Shown piece after piece: positions 8,397-17,433 of a DNA stretch of 64,000 nt. Every line of letters begins with the position of its first letter. Position 1 is the stretch's first letter. A program made the translations under genes and the position numbers. The stretch spans positions 9,088-73,087 of IMG/VR virus record IMGVR_UViG_3300014326_000001, one strand, 5' to 3'. The notes under the pieces were generated by a model. That model searched no databases. It saw only the letters and a list, made by a program, of their open reading frames with translations, and was not told the origin of the DNA. This DNA comes from a virus. Taxonomy: Duplodnaviria; Caudoviricetes.

Positions 8397-9224
8397 ATGA
8401 AAGGTTTCCAAGAAAAAACAACGGGTGACGGAACTTTCTTCGTCATCAAACACCACACAATTTGCCGCGAATCGAAAACCCCGCAAGAGGGCTTTCATTC
8501 AATCGAGACAGTTAACCCGCGCACTGGCGATAAGGTAACAAAATACATTCAGGAATTCAGTTCGCTTGAAGCGATGATCACGAAGATCGAATGGTATGAC
8601 ACCGATCAAAAGTACGAAACGCGCTATCGAGGGTTCAAGATTCACCTTGACGCAAGCGGGAAACATGGCGTTCTCGATCTTCCAATCAACGCTCGCGTCA
8701 CAAGTCGGTTTATGAAGTTGGCCGAGAATATCGACTTCACAAAGCCTGTGGAGTTTCGAGCATGGCACGATAACAAGTCAGACTCGACAGCTTTACTAGT
8801 CGCGCAGAACGAAGTCAGCGTGCCGCAGAAATACACGCGAGAGAATCCCGGCGACATGCCGCCTCCGGTACAGAGAGCGTCTACAGGCAAGTGGAGCTAC
8901 GACGATCAAATGGAATTCCTGCACAAGCGCATGATGGAAGTTGTTATCCCGAAAGTTGCAGCGACCGCGCCAGCCGCAACGCAGGAACCTACGCAGGGAA
9001 ACGCGCTGACCGAACAATCAGCTACAGCCGACGCCAAGTTAATCGGAAAAGTCAAAGAGGCTCTAACTGACCTTTCTGACCATGACGACTATAAGGAGCG
9101 AACACGGAGCCAGTTGCTAGATGAGTTCTTCGGGACAACGAAGTTTGCGGAAGTCGAAGCGATGCCGCCTGATGTCTTGAAAGCGGTACTCAAAAAGATT
9201 GACGAGATAATCGTTCCCTTCTGA
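8397..9224 (+). CDS. putative ssDNA-binding/annealing protein
   Basis: AAGGA RBS; beta-rich N-terminal part, flexible linker, acidic IIVPF tail; between nuclease and replication genes. Function is a guess. Confidence 0.5.
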   Translation: MKGFQEKTTGDGTFFVIKHHTICRESKTPQEGFHSIETVNPRTGDKVTKYIQEFSSLEAMITKIEWYDTDQKYETRYRGFKIHLDASGKHGVLDLPINARVTSRFMKLAENIDFTKPVEFRAWHDNKSDSTALLVAQNEVSVPQKYTRENPGDMPPPVQRASTGKWSYDDQMEFLHKRMMEVVIPKVAATAPAATQEPTQGNALTEQSATADAKLIGKVKEALTDLSDHDDYKERTRSQLLDEFFGTTKFAEVEAMPPDVLKAVLKKIDEIIVPF

Positions 9225-9284
9225 AAATAAGTATTGTGTCGAGGGGCGAGTTGTTCTAAAATTCGCCCGTTGACAATTTGAGAT

Positions 9285-9314
9285 TTGACGCGCTAATGGC
9301 ATGGTGCGTAGAAT
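9285..9314 (+). promoter_or_regulatory. promoter of the replication operon
   Basis: TTGACG-N18-TAGAAT. Confidence 0.6.
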
Positions 9315-9325
9315 CAACCGCAAGT

Positions 9326-9429
9326 GACGGCTTTTCTTGAGCCGCGTTTCGCTACCAAAGTCTTTTGACCAACTCTTGCGGGAAGGTTCTAAGATATGCC
9401 AAATGCGGCGCGGTTCAAGAAAGGCCGTT
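9326..9429 (+). promoter_or_regulatory. structured 5' leader occluding the initiator RBS
   Basis: 9326-9346 pairs fully with 9409-9429 (21 bp, 3 G-U); right arm contains AAGAAAGG 9 nt before ATG 9434. Confidence 0.75.
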
Positions 9430-9433
9430 TTCT

Positions 9434-10294
9434 ATGTCCAAGGGCTTGCCCCCACCCAATCACACCCAGACTCCGAATATCTTTTTCGATGAGTCGCTTG
9501 CGAAAATTAAATCTTTCGCAGAGTTGAAGGTTATTCTTGCCGTCATTCGCCAAACCTTTGGGTGGCACAAAGATTCCGACAAACTGAGCCACTCACAACT
9601 AGCCAAAACCACAGGTTTAACCCGGCGAGGAACGATCAACGGGATTGAGAGAGCCTTGGAAGAAGGCTACCTAGAGCGCGAACCAAGCGGCCAGAGCTTC
9701 ACGTATAGGCTCGCGCTAGTGAACATCGAAGCACCAGTGAACGAAGTATCTAGTGAACCAACTTCACCTGAGCTAGTGAACGTCGTTCACCAGCAACTAG
9801 TGAACCAAGTAGGCACACAAAAGAAAGGGAAAAAGAAAGTAAAGAAAGAAGAGGGGGCGCAAGCGCAGCCGGGGGGAACCGTCCTCTCTGGAATCGCTTT
9901 GCTCCGCGACGTGGCTCAGGCCTTCCCTCCCAAGGAATCATGGCCGCGCTATCTTGAAATTCTTGGCGAGAATGTTGACGAGGCGAAGTTGAGAAAATGT
10001 CGCGCCGAGTGGGTTGACCGAGGCTACAACAAAGTTTCGTGGAAGTGGTTTACCGAGTGGTACGTTGAGGGGATGCCGGAACGTAACGGGCGTACCGCAA
10101 CGGCCACGGCAGCGCGAACCTACGAATGGCAAGGTCGTTACTACGCTTACGGGGAGACTATCTCGGACGACGGCACACGGTTCACGGTAATGGGTTCGGA
10201 TGGAACGCCTACAAAACGCTGGCACACGCTGGAAGCATACGCAGAGGATCGAGGGCTAACTATGGAACAGGCAAGACACGGGATGAATGCGTGA
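9434..10294 (+). CDS. replication initiator, lambda O-like N-terminal wHTH
   Basis: HTQTPN.FFD...ELKVIL.VIRQTFGW.K.SD.LS.SQLAK.TGL motif; internal iterons. Confidence 0.85.
   Translation: MSKGLPPPNHTQTPNIFFDESLAKIKSFAELKVILAVIRQTFGWHKDSDKLSHSQLAKTTGLTRRGTINGIERALEEGYLEREPSGQSFTYRLALVNIEAPVNEVSSEPTSPELVNVVHQQLVNQVGTQKKGKKKVKKEEGAQAQPGGTVLSGIALLRDVAQAFPPKESWPRYLEILGENVDEAKLRKCRAEWVDRGYNKVSWKWFTEWYVEGMPERNGRTATATAARTYEWQGRYYAYGETISDDGTRFTVMGSDGTPTKRWHTLEAYAEDRGLTMEQARHGMNA
9716..9850. repeat. iteron-type replication origin inside the initiator gene
   Basis: Five C(T/C)AGTGAAC copies at 9716, 9734, 9750, 9773, 9797, then an A-rich purine tract. Confidence 0.75.
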
Positions 10295-12060
10295 TGGAAC
10301 TAAATCCATTACAGACACAACTGAAGCAAGAACGCGCCCCGCTTGTGGAAGCCCTTGGCGTTAGGCTCATAAACGGAAAGTCCTGCAAATGCCCGTTTCA
10401 CGATGACAAGCACGCCTCGGGCAGCGTATTTCAAGACCAAGACGGTGGATGGAAGTTTCATTGTCATACATGCGATTGGTCAGCCGACGTGTTTGACGTG
10501 AGAGCGAGAGTCGAGAATAGGCCACTTGGGGATATTCTTGGGGAATACAAACCAGAGAAGCCAAAGCACTACGAAAGCCTTGAAGCGATTATTAGAACTT
10601 ATCCAGATGTTGAAGAAACCTACAAATATACGAATCCGCGAACAGCACGAGTCGAGTTGGCAGTTATTCGCTATCGGATCAACGGAAGAAAAGCCTTTGC
10701 CCAATGCTCCCCCAACGGATCAGGATGGCTTAAAGCCCGACCTGAAGGAAAACTCCCGCTCTACAATCGAAAACGAGTCCAAGAATCCGAAACGGTGATT
10801 GTGGTGGAAGGGGAAAAAGCGGTTCACGCCTTGCATAAGGCCGATATGGTAGCCACTACAAGCCCAATGGGCGCGGGAAAGGCAAGGGAATCTGATTGGT
10901 CAATCCTCTCAGGTAAGAAAGTTTATTTGTGGCCGGATAACGATCCCGTCGATCCGAAAACGCTGAAACAAACGGGCATCGATCACATGAAAGATGTTCA
11001 GGCAATTCTTGAAACGATGAACTGCGAATTGTTCTGGATAGAGCCTTCAAGTCTCGATTTACCACCCAAGGGTGACGCAGTTGATTTCATGGCAAATAAT
11101 GAAGGCTCGCCAGAAGATAAGAAAATGGCTGTGTTGTTGGTCTTAGATGAGGCGCAACCACTAGGAGCGGCACAGGAACTAGGAAAACGTTTGCAGTCAA
11201 TTATTGCAGGGGAATGGGTGAGCTTGGAGTGGCCGTGGCGAATGCTGACTACGCACACACAATCGCTTTTGCCTGATACCGTTACGGCGGTTTGTGGTGA
11301 GCCGGGAGCAGCAAAGTCTTTCTTTTTACTGGAATCGTTTTGGAAGTGGCATTTAGCGGGGCATAAGGTAGCGATATTTGAACTTGAGGATGACCGAACA
11401 TTTCACCTTCACCGAGTCCTTGCGCAGTTGGAATCTAATTCGTCTTTGACCGACGCCGAGTGGGTAAGGACTCACGCAGAACAGGCCACGGCATCATGGA
11501 ACAATCAAAAAGACATTCTTGATTCGCTAGGAAAAGTGATGTGGGACGCGCCAAACTCTCAAATTACGCTTCCCGAACTGGCAGATTGGTTTGAGGCTCG
11601 CTGTCAAGAGGGATTTGAGTTGTGCGTTGTCGATCCGGTTACAGCTACGGTCGCATCTGACAAGCCTTGGATAGACGATCAGAAGTTCATATTCAGAGTG
11701 AAGACCACAGCCAAGAAGTATCACTCAAGGTTGATTTACGCGATTCACCCAAGGGTGGCAAACGGGAAAGTGGGAGCAAGTCTTTCGAGGATGGCGGGGG
11801 GCGCAGCCTACGCGAGATTCTCCCACTCCGTTTTGTGGATTACGAAGTTTGATAAAGAACGCTCAGAGACTATTTGGAGTCCTGATGGTGGCACGCGCCC
11901 AGCCTCATTTGAACGAACGGTAAAAATCAGCAAAGCACGAAACGGAAAAGGCGCGGGCGCTGAATTGGCCTACCACCTAAACACAGGAACGTTATGTTTT
12001 TCAGAATTTGGGGAAGTGTCAGAACATGAAAGCAATAGAAACTCGCTACGCGAGTCATAG
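10294..12060 (+). CDS. primase-helicase fusion (CHC2 Zn finger, TOPRIM, DnaB/RecA-like helicase)
   Basis: CPFHDD...FHCHTC; VIVVEGEK; LWPDND; GEPGAAKS Walker A; VVDPV Walker B; TGATG coupling. Confidence 0.9.
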   Translation: MELNPLQTQLKQERAPLVEALGVRLINGKSCKCPFHDDKHASGSVFQDQDGGWKFHCHTCDWSADVFDVRARVENRPLGDILGEYKPEKPKHYESLEAIIRTYPDVEETYKYTNPRTARVELAVIRYRINGRKAFAQCSPNGSGWLKARPEGKLPLYNRKRVQESETVIVVEGEKAVHALHKADMVATTSPMGAGKARESDWSILSGKKVYLWPDNDPVDPKTLKQTGIDHMKDVQAILETMNCELFWIEPSSLDLPPKGDAVDFMANNEGSPEDKKMAVLLVLDEAQPLGAAQELGKRLQSIIAGEWVSLEWPWRMLTTHTQSLLPDTVTAVCGEPGAAKSFFLLESFWKWHLAGHKVAIFELEDDRTFHLHRVLAQLESNSSLTDAEWVRTHAEQATASWNNQKDILDSLGKVMWDAPNSQITLPELADWFEARCQEGFELCVVDPVTATVASDKPWIDDQKFIFRVKTTAKKYHSRLIYAIHPRVANGKVGASLSRMAGGAAYARFSHSVLWITKFDKERSETIWSPDGGTRPASFERTVKISKARNGKGAGAELAYHLNTGTLCFSEFGEVSEHESNRNSLRES

Positions 12061-12562
12061 ATTTCGTTCACGATTGGAAGCCCGTTACGCAGTTTTCTTT
12101 GACGCGCTTAACGAACCTTGGGAGTACGAGAAAGAGGGATACGTTTTGGAGGACGGAACGCTTTATCTTCCCGATTTCTGGATGCCGAATCTACAGTGTC
12201 ATTTGGAAATCAAAGGCCAACTGCCGACACAAGAAGAATACGACAAGACTCAAGGGTTGGCGCACGGAACAAATAAGGCCGCAGCAATTATCCACGGATT
12301 GCCGGGAGAACAATGGGGCATTCTGTATTGCGTAGACGACACTGACTCGTCGGGAGGTTGGGGAACTTGGCAATTCCGTTTCGGAGTAAACGCAAGCAGC
12401 GAATTAGCGTTCTTGGTAGATCAGTTTGACCCGGAACGGAGGATTCTATATTCCGTCCCTTATGAAAAAATATTGCGCACGAGTTATCGCTGGATGGAAA
12501 CCAACGCGCTGCAACATGCGGCCACGCAAGCCAAAGAAGAACGATTTGAGAGGCGACGATGA
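12026..12562 (+). CDS. PD-(D/E)XK-type endonuclease
   Basis: FRSRLEARYAVFFD...WEYE.EG...YLPDF...LEIKG. Confidence 0.8.
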   Translation: MKAIETRYASHRFRSRLEARYAVFFDALNEPWEYEKEGYVLEDGTLYLPDFWMPNLQCHLEIKGQLPTQEEYDKTQGLAHGTNKAAAIIHGLPGEQWGILYCVDDTDSSGGWGTWQFRFGVNASSELAFLVDQFDPERRILYSVPYEKILRTSYRWMETNALQHAATQAKEERFERRR

Positions 12563-12723
12563 TTGTCTGGTGTTGGGACTGTGAAGAGTTTTGGGAATGC
12601 CCGGAGAACGGCCATGACGGAACAGACCTAATTTGTTACGAGTGCGTAGAGCTACTTAATGCAGGCTACATAATTTGGCGTGACCGCCAACAGGGAATTG
12701 AATGGGAGGGACTGATTGCATGA
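12559..12723 (+). CDS. 54-aa Cys-rich protein
   Basis: CWDC...CYEC; ATGA overlaps at both ends. Confidence 0.6.
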   Translation: MIVWCWDCEEFWECPENGHDGTDLICYECVELLNAGYIIWRDRQQGIEWEGLIA

Positions 12724-12869
12724 AACACCAAAGATACAGTCGCGCCAAAGAAGTCTGCCCCCGGTGCAATAATACAAATTCGGAAATCATAAAAGTTGGG
12801 CAGTATGAATATGCTCGCAAGTGTGATCACTCAACACGGCCAACACTTCCACTGGAGAAAAGTAAATGA
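12720..12869 (+). CDS. 49-aa Zn-ribbon protein
   Basis: CPRC...C.H; ATGA overlaps at both ends. Confidence 0.55.
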   Translation: MKHQRYSRAKEVCPRCNNTNSEIIKVGQYEYARKCDHSTRPTLPLEKSK

Positions 12870-13108
12870 TAATCAACACCGACCCCGACGCATATGTGCC
12901 GATTAGTAATGTAAGAATCTGCCCGTTCCACCTTAAGAACGCTGGCGTGCCTTATGCGGGGTGCACTTGTTCTGCCAGTTACGGACAGCGAAGGGCTACA
13001 GAATCCGAGTATCGAGAGCGACGACGTAAACGCTTGGTAGAAAAACGTGCTTGGCTCTTGGAAGCACTAGCAGAGATTGAAGCTGAACTTCAGGATGTAG
13101 GAAAATGA
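12866..13108 (+). CDS. hypothetical protein
   Basis: Coupled 80-aa ORF with CTC motif and C-terminal helix. Confidence 0.7.
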   Translation: MIINTDPDAYVPISNVRICPFHLKNAGVPYAGCTCSASYGQRRATESEYRERRRKRLVEKRAWLLEALAEIEAELQDVGK

Positions 13109-13608
13109 ATCTCGACGAACACGGTACTATAACAAACGATCAAGGGCGCACGTTTCGCGTGGTTAAGGTAGGCGACGAACTGCGCGTGAACGGGAGGCCG
13201 GATTGGCACGGTGGCGGCATGACGTGGGCGCAGACCACGGTTAAACGTCACCCCAAATACGTTTACGGAACAAAGATGGGAAAGCTGTTGCACGAGATCG
13301 AGAAAGTCAGATTGGTATGGTGGCAGCTTGGCGGTCACGGTAGCTATTTCTTTCGCGTTTCATCACCCCGCGTGTACTTTGAGACAAAATGTGGCTATTG
13401 CTTCTTTGGCTCCGACCCAACGAACACATTTAGGAGCAGTCGCAAGTCAAAGGCTACCGTTTGTGAGCTACCAAAACCGGACGCCGTTCTCTGCGGTCGC
13501 TGCCGTGGTGAAGGCGCGGTCTTTGGAAAACTCGGAAAAGTTGGACGCGGTGGCGTCACCTACAAAGAAGCCCGTGAGCGTATTGGCTGTACGGTGCAAG
13601 TCTCGTAA
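13105..13608 (+). CDS. hypothetical protein
   Basis: ATGA overlap; 167 aa with CxxC motifs. Confidence 0.75.
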   Translation: MNLDEHGTITNDQGRTFRVVKVGDELRVNGRPDWHGGGMTWAQTTVKRHPKYVYGTKMGKLLHEIEKVRLVWWQLGGHGSYFFRVSSPRVYFETKCGYCFFGSDPTNTFRSSRKSKATVCELPKPDAVLCGRCRGEGAVFGKLGKVGRGGVTYKEARERIGCTVQVS

Positions 13609-13677
13609 CCACTCAACGTACGTGAGCGGGACGCGGAGAGCGATCAAGATACGCCCCGCGAGGGTTGTGCAGCATGA
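13609..13677. repeat. attC-like element, copy E (forward)
   Basis: CCACTCAACGTAC...GCGAGGGTTGTGCAGCATGA immediately after TAA 13608. Confidence 0.8.
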
Positions 13678-13692
13678 TCCTGAATTCTTTGA

Positions 13693-13771
13693 AATGAAGA
13701 CAACCCCTCTCATTACAGATCGGGCTAGGAGTCTCCGACCCGCCGAAAACCGGACGGTGAAGGTTGGATGG
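13693..13771. repeat. attC-like element, copy F (inverted)
   Basis: Reverse complement: CCAACCT...CCTAGCCCGATCTGTAATGAGAGGGGTTGT. Confidence 0.8.
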
Positions 13772-13790
13772 CTTTCCAAGAAAATAATTG

Positions 13791-13820
13791 TTGACAGATG
13801 CTTGCACCCCAAGTTATGCT
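13791..13820 (+). promoter_or_regulatory. sigma70-type promoter
   Basis: TTGACA-N18-TATGCT, 9 nt before ATG 13830. Confidence 0.55.
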
Positions 13821-13829
13821 TGCCTTACT

Positions 13830-14030
13830 ATGAAGAACGTTGAAACAGAAGCGCGGCAGAACGTCGCCAAACTAAAAAAGATTAAAGGCATGGAGAAAAT
13901 CGCCGAGTCGCTTGAGCGGTTAATGGATGGCGCGGCTGCGGGGGGCGCGGCTAGAGCTAAGAAGTTAACCAAGAAACGGCGAGTTGAAATCGCTAAGAAG
14001 GCAGCTAACGCCAGATGGGGGAAGAGGTGA
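13830..14030 (+). CDS. small basic protein (GG-x-ARAKKLT...EIAKKAA.ARW family)
   Basis: Recognisable basic C-terminal motif, likely nucleic-acid binding. Confidence 0.75.
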   Translation: MKNVETEARQNVAKLKKIKGMEKIAESLERLMDGAAAGGAARAKKLTKKRRVEIAKKAANARWGKR

Positions 14031-14034
14031 AGAG

Positions 14035-14649
14035 ATGACAAGCGCGCAAAAGATTACATTCCCGCAGTTTAGCGGATTACGATGTTTGATGATGCCTTAC
14101 ATTCAGGGAGATGCAGCATCCGTGCCCGATGAATATCAATCTTATGCTGACATTCTCCGTTCAGTCTTTTTGAAGAAGGGCGACATTGGCTATCTCACGA
14201 TTGATGAATCTGTGGTCGTTGCTGGGACTCCGCACCGTGGCGCACGAGCTAAGGCCTCTCGCGCCCTGCATACAGAAGTCGGGCGACTACCCAATAAGAT
14301 TTACTGCTGGGGGAGTGGCGGCGGGTGGGGAAACAAGCACAACGTAACGCTCGATGGTAGCGTGGAGGTTCTGCTCGCCAACAACCTTGACGATTCATGC
14401 GCCTTGTGGAACGCAACGCACCACGATACGAGCGTTGATGGAGACATCGGACATGAAGCGGCACGGTATCCCTACCGAGATGCTGTGATGATGAAGGCTG
14501 GCGAAGTCCACAAAATCGGAATCCTAACGCCGCACGAGAGCCTTCCTGTAAAAGAAACAACGGCACGGCAGTTCTTGCGGATCATATCTTCGGGAGTCCA
14601 CGGGCGCGAGCCGTACTTCACGATCAACCCAATTTTGGCGGCAGCATGA
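14035..14649 (+). CDS. 2OG-Fe(II) oxygenase-like (DSBH) protein
   Basis: YLTIDE...HTE...SCALW...TPHES.P...RQFLR pattern fits HxE...H...R. Confidence 0.6.
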   Translation: MTSAQKITFPQFSGLRCLMMPYIQGDAASVPDEYQSYADILRSVFLKKGDIGYLTIDESVVVAGTPHRGARAKASRALHTEVGRLPNKIYCWGSGGGWGNKHNVTLDGSVEVLLANNLDDSCALWNATHHDTSVDGDIGHEAARYPYRDAVMMKAGEVHKIGILTPHESLPVKETTARQFLRIISSGVHGREPYFTINPILAAA

Positions 14650-14796
14650 TCGACTTCCGAATCATCGCACTATTACTACTCCCTAGAGTCTGTCCAGTCT
14701 GCGGAGAGCAGGAAAGTAAATGAGGACAAAACCTCGCGGTGCTAACGGGCTGGGCCTAAGAAAGACACGTACCTTGACCGTAACGAAAGGAAGAAA

Positions 14797-14967
14797 ATGA
14801 GTACATACGATCCACGGCAAATGGCAACGGACGCTCTAACGCTCTCCACGCCGCCTGCGCATTCAGGACTAAAGACTTTTGTGAGCGAAGAGGGTGTTTA
14901 CGCGCTTGCAAGGGCACTAGAAGACGCGCTTGATATTGTCGATTCAATCGAAGACGAGGACGAGTAA
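14797..14967 (+). CDS. 56-aa protein with acidic tail
   Basis: AAGGAAG RBS; ends IEDEDE; TAA directly followed by the dnaN ATG. Confidence 0.6.
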   Translation: MSTYDPRQMATDALTLSTPPAHSGLKTFVSEEGVYALARALEDALDIVDSIEDEDE

Positions 14968-16068
14968 ATGTTCACTATCAATCGACAAGTATTAGCGCGA
15001 GAATTCGCCCTACTTCAGACTGTCGCCGAGAAAAAGGGAACGATCCCAATCTTGTCGAGCATTAAGGTTGAATGCCAAGGCGATCTTACTGTTCTGACGG
15101 GAACCGATTTAGACGCCACAATCATCTCCAAGGTGGAATCCTCTGGCGAAGCGTGGGCGGGATGCGTTCCTTTGCGGCAACTGTTTTCCTTGGTCAAATT
15201 GCTTGACGGTGAAAATCTCGAATTTTCCGAGCGTCCGAATGGGCGGCTGGAAATCAAGAGTGGTCAGTCTAAACACCTAATTCCGTTTGAACCTATCGAG
15301 CGTTTTCCTGAAGTCGCGATTCCAAAAGAGCAGGGCGTTTCTCTTGACGGGGCAGTTCTCGGTGCGATGGTGAAAGCGACAGCCTTTTGGATTAGACCGT
15401 CAGAAGATGGACTAAAAGCGACCGAGTGGAAGCAGACGGGATTGAGCCTGCGCTCAGATGAAAAGTCGCTTGAGGTAATGTCTTTCCGACGTACCGCAGC
15501 GGCGATTGCTACGTTGTCCGCCAGTCTCCCGAAATTCAACGTTATCATCCCAAGACAAGCGGTGTCCGCGCTTAGTTATTTCAACGAAGATTTACAGATG
15601 ATCGTGACGGAAAATCAAGTTGCGTTTATCGGCGCAACGCGAACACTGTCTGCCCGTATCTTGGAAGGCGAGTTCCCCGCGTGGCGCACGTTCCTGCCGA
15701 CATATGAACACAGAGTGGAAGTCCCTGAAACTTTCACGGACACGATCAAGAGAGTTTCGGTAACGACAGAAGGGCAACGGGCGACGTTTGAAGTGCTGAA
15801 GCTGACAATTGCCAAGGACTCCTTGAAGCTGGAATCTCGCGGCGGCGATAACGGGCAGTCAGAAGAAATACTGCCCACTACCTCCACGCTGAACGGGAAG
15901 ACTGTGGCGATAGGCATCCACGGAAATCAGACGGTCGAAGCCTTGAGTCGCTCGGACTGCAATATAACGTGCGAGTTTGTGGACGGGACACAGCCAATGA
16001 TTTTTACTCCCGCAAACAAAGACTTTGAGCTTTGCTATCTCACGATGCCGTGCAGGCTGGAATGGTGA
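14968..16068 (+). CDS. dnaN: DNA polymerase III beta sliding clamp
   Basis: 366 aa; KKGTIPILSSIK...LTGTDLD...FP...RILEGEFP...YLTMP. Confidence 0.9.
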   Translation: MFTINRQVLAREFALLQTVAEKKGTIPILSSIKVECQGDLTVLTGTDLDATIISKVESSGEAWAGCVPLRQLFSLVKLLDGENLEFSERPNGRLEIKSGQSKHLIPFEPIERFPEVAIPKEQGVSLDGAVLGAMVKATAFWIRPSEDGLKATEWKQTGLSLRSDEKSLEVMSFRRTAAAIATLSASLPKFNVIIPRQAVSALSYFNEDLQMIVTENQVAFIGATRTLSARILEGEFPAWRTFLPTYEHRVEVPETFTDTIKRVSVTTEGQRATFEVLKLTIAKDSLKLESRGGDNGQSEEILPTTSTLNGKTVAIGIHGNQTVEALSRSDCNITCEFVDGTQPMIFTPANKDFELCYLTMPCRLEW

Positions 16069-16236
16069 AGAAACCTGAACCGCAAAAGATTCCAAGAGAA
16101 TGTGATCCAAGTAGGAATCTGCATATTTACTTTGGTAAATCAGAAATCTGTCAATGTAAGAAGGGGAAGAAAAGAGTTGTAAGTTAATACGCTACGATCA
16201 TTCCCAGTTCAGGGTTTCTAAAGACAGGATTGTTGA

Positions 16237-16692
16237 GTGCCTCTGAGTCGAAAACCACGAAAGCCAATGATTCGATCCGCCTTTGTGCGGCACTCGGAAT
16301 TTCGCCCTAAAACGCTTCCCAAGCGGAAAGTGGCTACCGATGGCTTACCGGACGAGAAAAACAGTTCTAGCGCGACTCTGACGCAAAGGAAGCCTATCAG
16401 AAAGGTCGGTCGCAAGGGTTATCAGTGGATAGCCGCCCGTAAGTGGCTCAAGAAGCAATTCAACTGGCTTGGGCTTACTCACTGCATGATGCGTTTTCAG
16501 GGATGCTGGTATGACGACGGGATCGGGTTTGCGCATCCGGCCAAAAGACGAAACTTGAGAGAAGGTGAATTATGGCTCGCGGTGCCCGTGTGCAACGCTT
16601 GCCACTCGCAGCTTGAGATTATGCCTCCCGAAAAGATGCGAGAGCTAGTTGAAACGGCTTGGGCAAAAGCGGGAATAAAGCTACCACAATGA
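16237..16692 (+). CDS. His-Me finger nuclease-like protein (NinG/DUF968-like)
   Basis: C...C...AH..KRR...PVCNACH. Confidence 0.6.
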   Translation: MPLSRKPRKPMIRSAFVRHSEFRPKTLPKRKVATDGLPDEKNSSSATLTQRKPIRKVGRKGYQWIAARKWLKKQFNWLGLTHCMMRFQGCWYDDGIGFAHPAKRRNLREGELWLAVPVCNACHSQLEIMPPEKMRELVETAWAKAGIKLPQ

Positions 16693-17051
16693 AGATTGAT
16701 TTTCAGATACCAGTTAAGACTATCTCCGAGGCCAATCAGCGCGAGCATTGGGCGGTTAAGCACAGACGCAAAAAAGCTCAACAGGTGGAAACCGGACTAG
16801 CTTTTCTGGTTAACGTGCGCCGGAATATTACCTTTCCTTGCACCGTAAGGCTCACCAGAATCGCGCCAAAGGCTTTGGACGCCGACAATCTCGCTGGCTC
16901 ATTCAAACACGTTCAGGACGCCCTTGCTCGCAAGCTAGGCGTAGATGACGGAGACGCAGAGAAGGTCACTTGGGTCTACCAGCAACTACCAATCGGCCAA
17001 CGGCACTACAGCGTGAAGGTGGAAATTGAAAGCCAACCCTCTAACCGATAA
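16689..17051 (+). CDS. rusA: RusA-like Holliday junction resolvase
   Basis: VRLTRIAP..LDADNL..SFKHVQDAL...GVDD. Confidence 0.75.
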   Translation: MKIDFQIPVKTISEANQREHWAVKHRRKKAQQVETGLAFLVNVRRNITFPCTVRLTRIAPKALDADNLAGSFKHVQDALARKLGVDDGDAEKVTWVYQQLPIGQRHYSVKVEIESQPSNR

Positions 17052-17060
17052 GGAGAGTCA

Positions 17061-17294
17061 ATGAGCCTGAGTTTTCAAGAGTTTTTGGCGGAATCAATGA
17101 AAGACCCTGAATTCGCGGCGGCGTACAAAGAGGTCAGCGAAGAGGAATCCAAGAAACTGTTAGTTGCCGCGCTCGTTGAAGTCGCTCGCATGAAACCCGT
17201 AGTAGAAGCTGCGGTGAAGTGGCGAGCGGGATACGGTGGCAGTGTGGAGTTGATTCGCGTTGTTGATGCTTACGAGAAAGGTGAATCTCAATGA
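17061..17294 (+). CDS. hypothetical protein with antitoxin-like N-terminus
   Basis: AAGGAG RBS; MSLSFQEFLAESMKDPEFAAAY. Confidence 0.75.
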   Translation: MSLSFQEFLAESMKDPEFAAAYKEVSEEESKKLLVAALVEVARMKPVVEAAVKWRAGYGGSVELIRVVDAYEKGESQ

Positions 17295-17433
17295 CCACCA
17301 AACAAACCATGCGCCACCGAGTTACAGGACAAGTTTTCGTGATTCAATACACCCTGATCGACGTACAGCCTACTTGGGATAGACCTAAACGTCGTATCCG
17401 ACCAGCATGGAGTTGTAATACAGGAAGAGGTAT

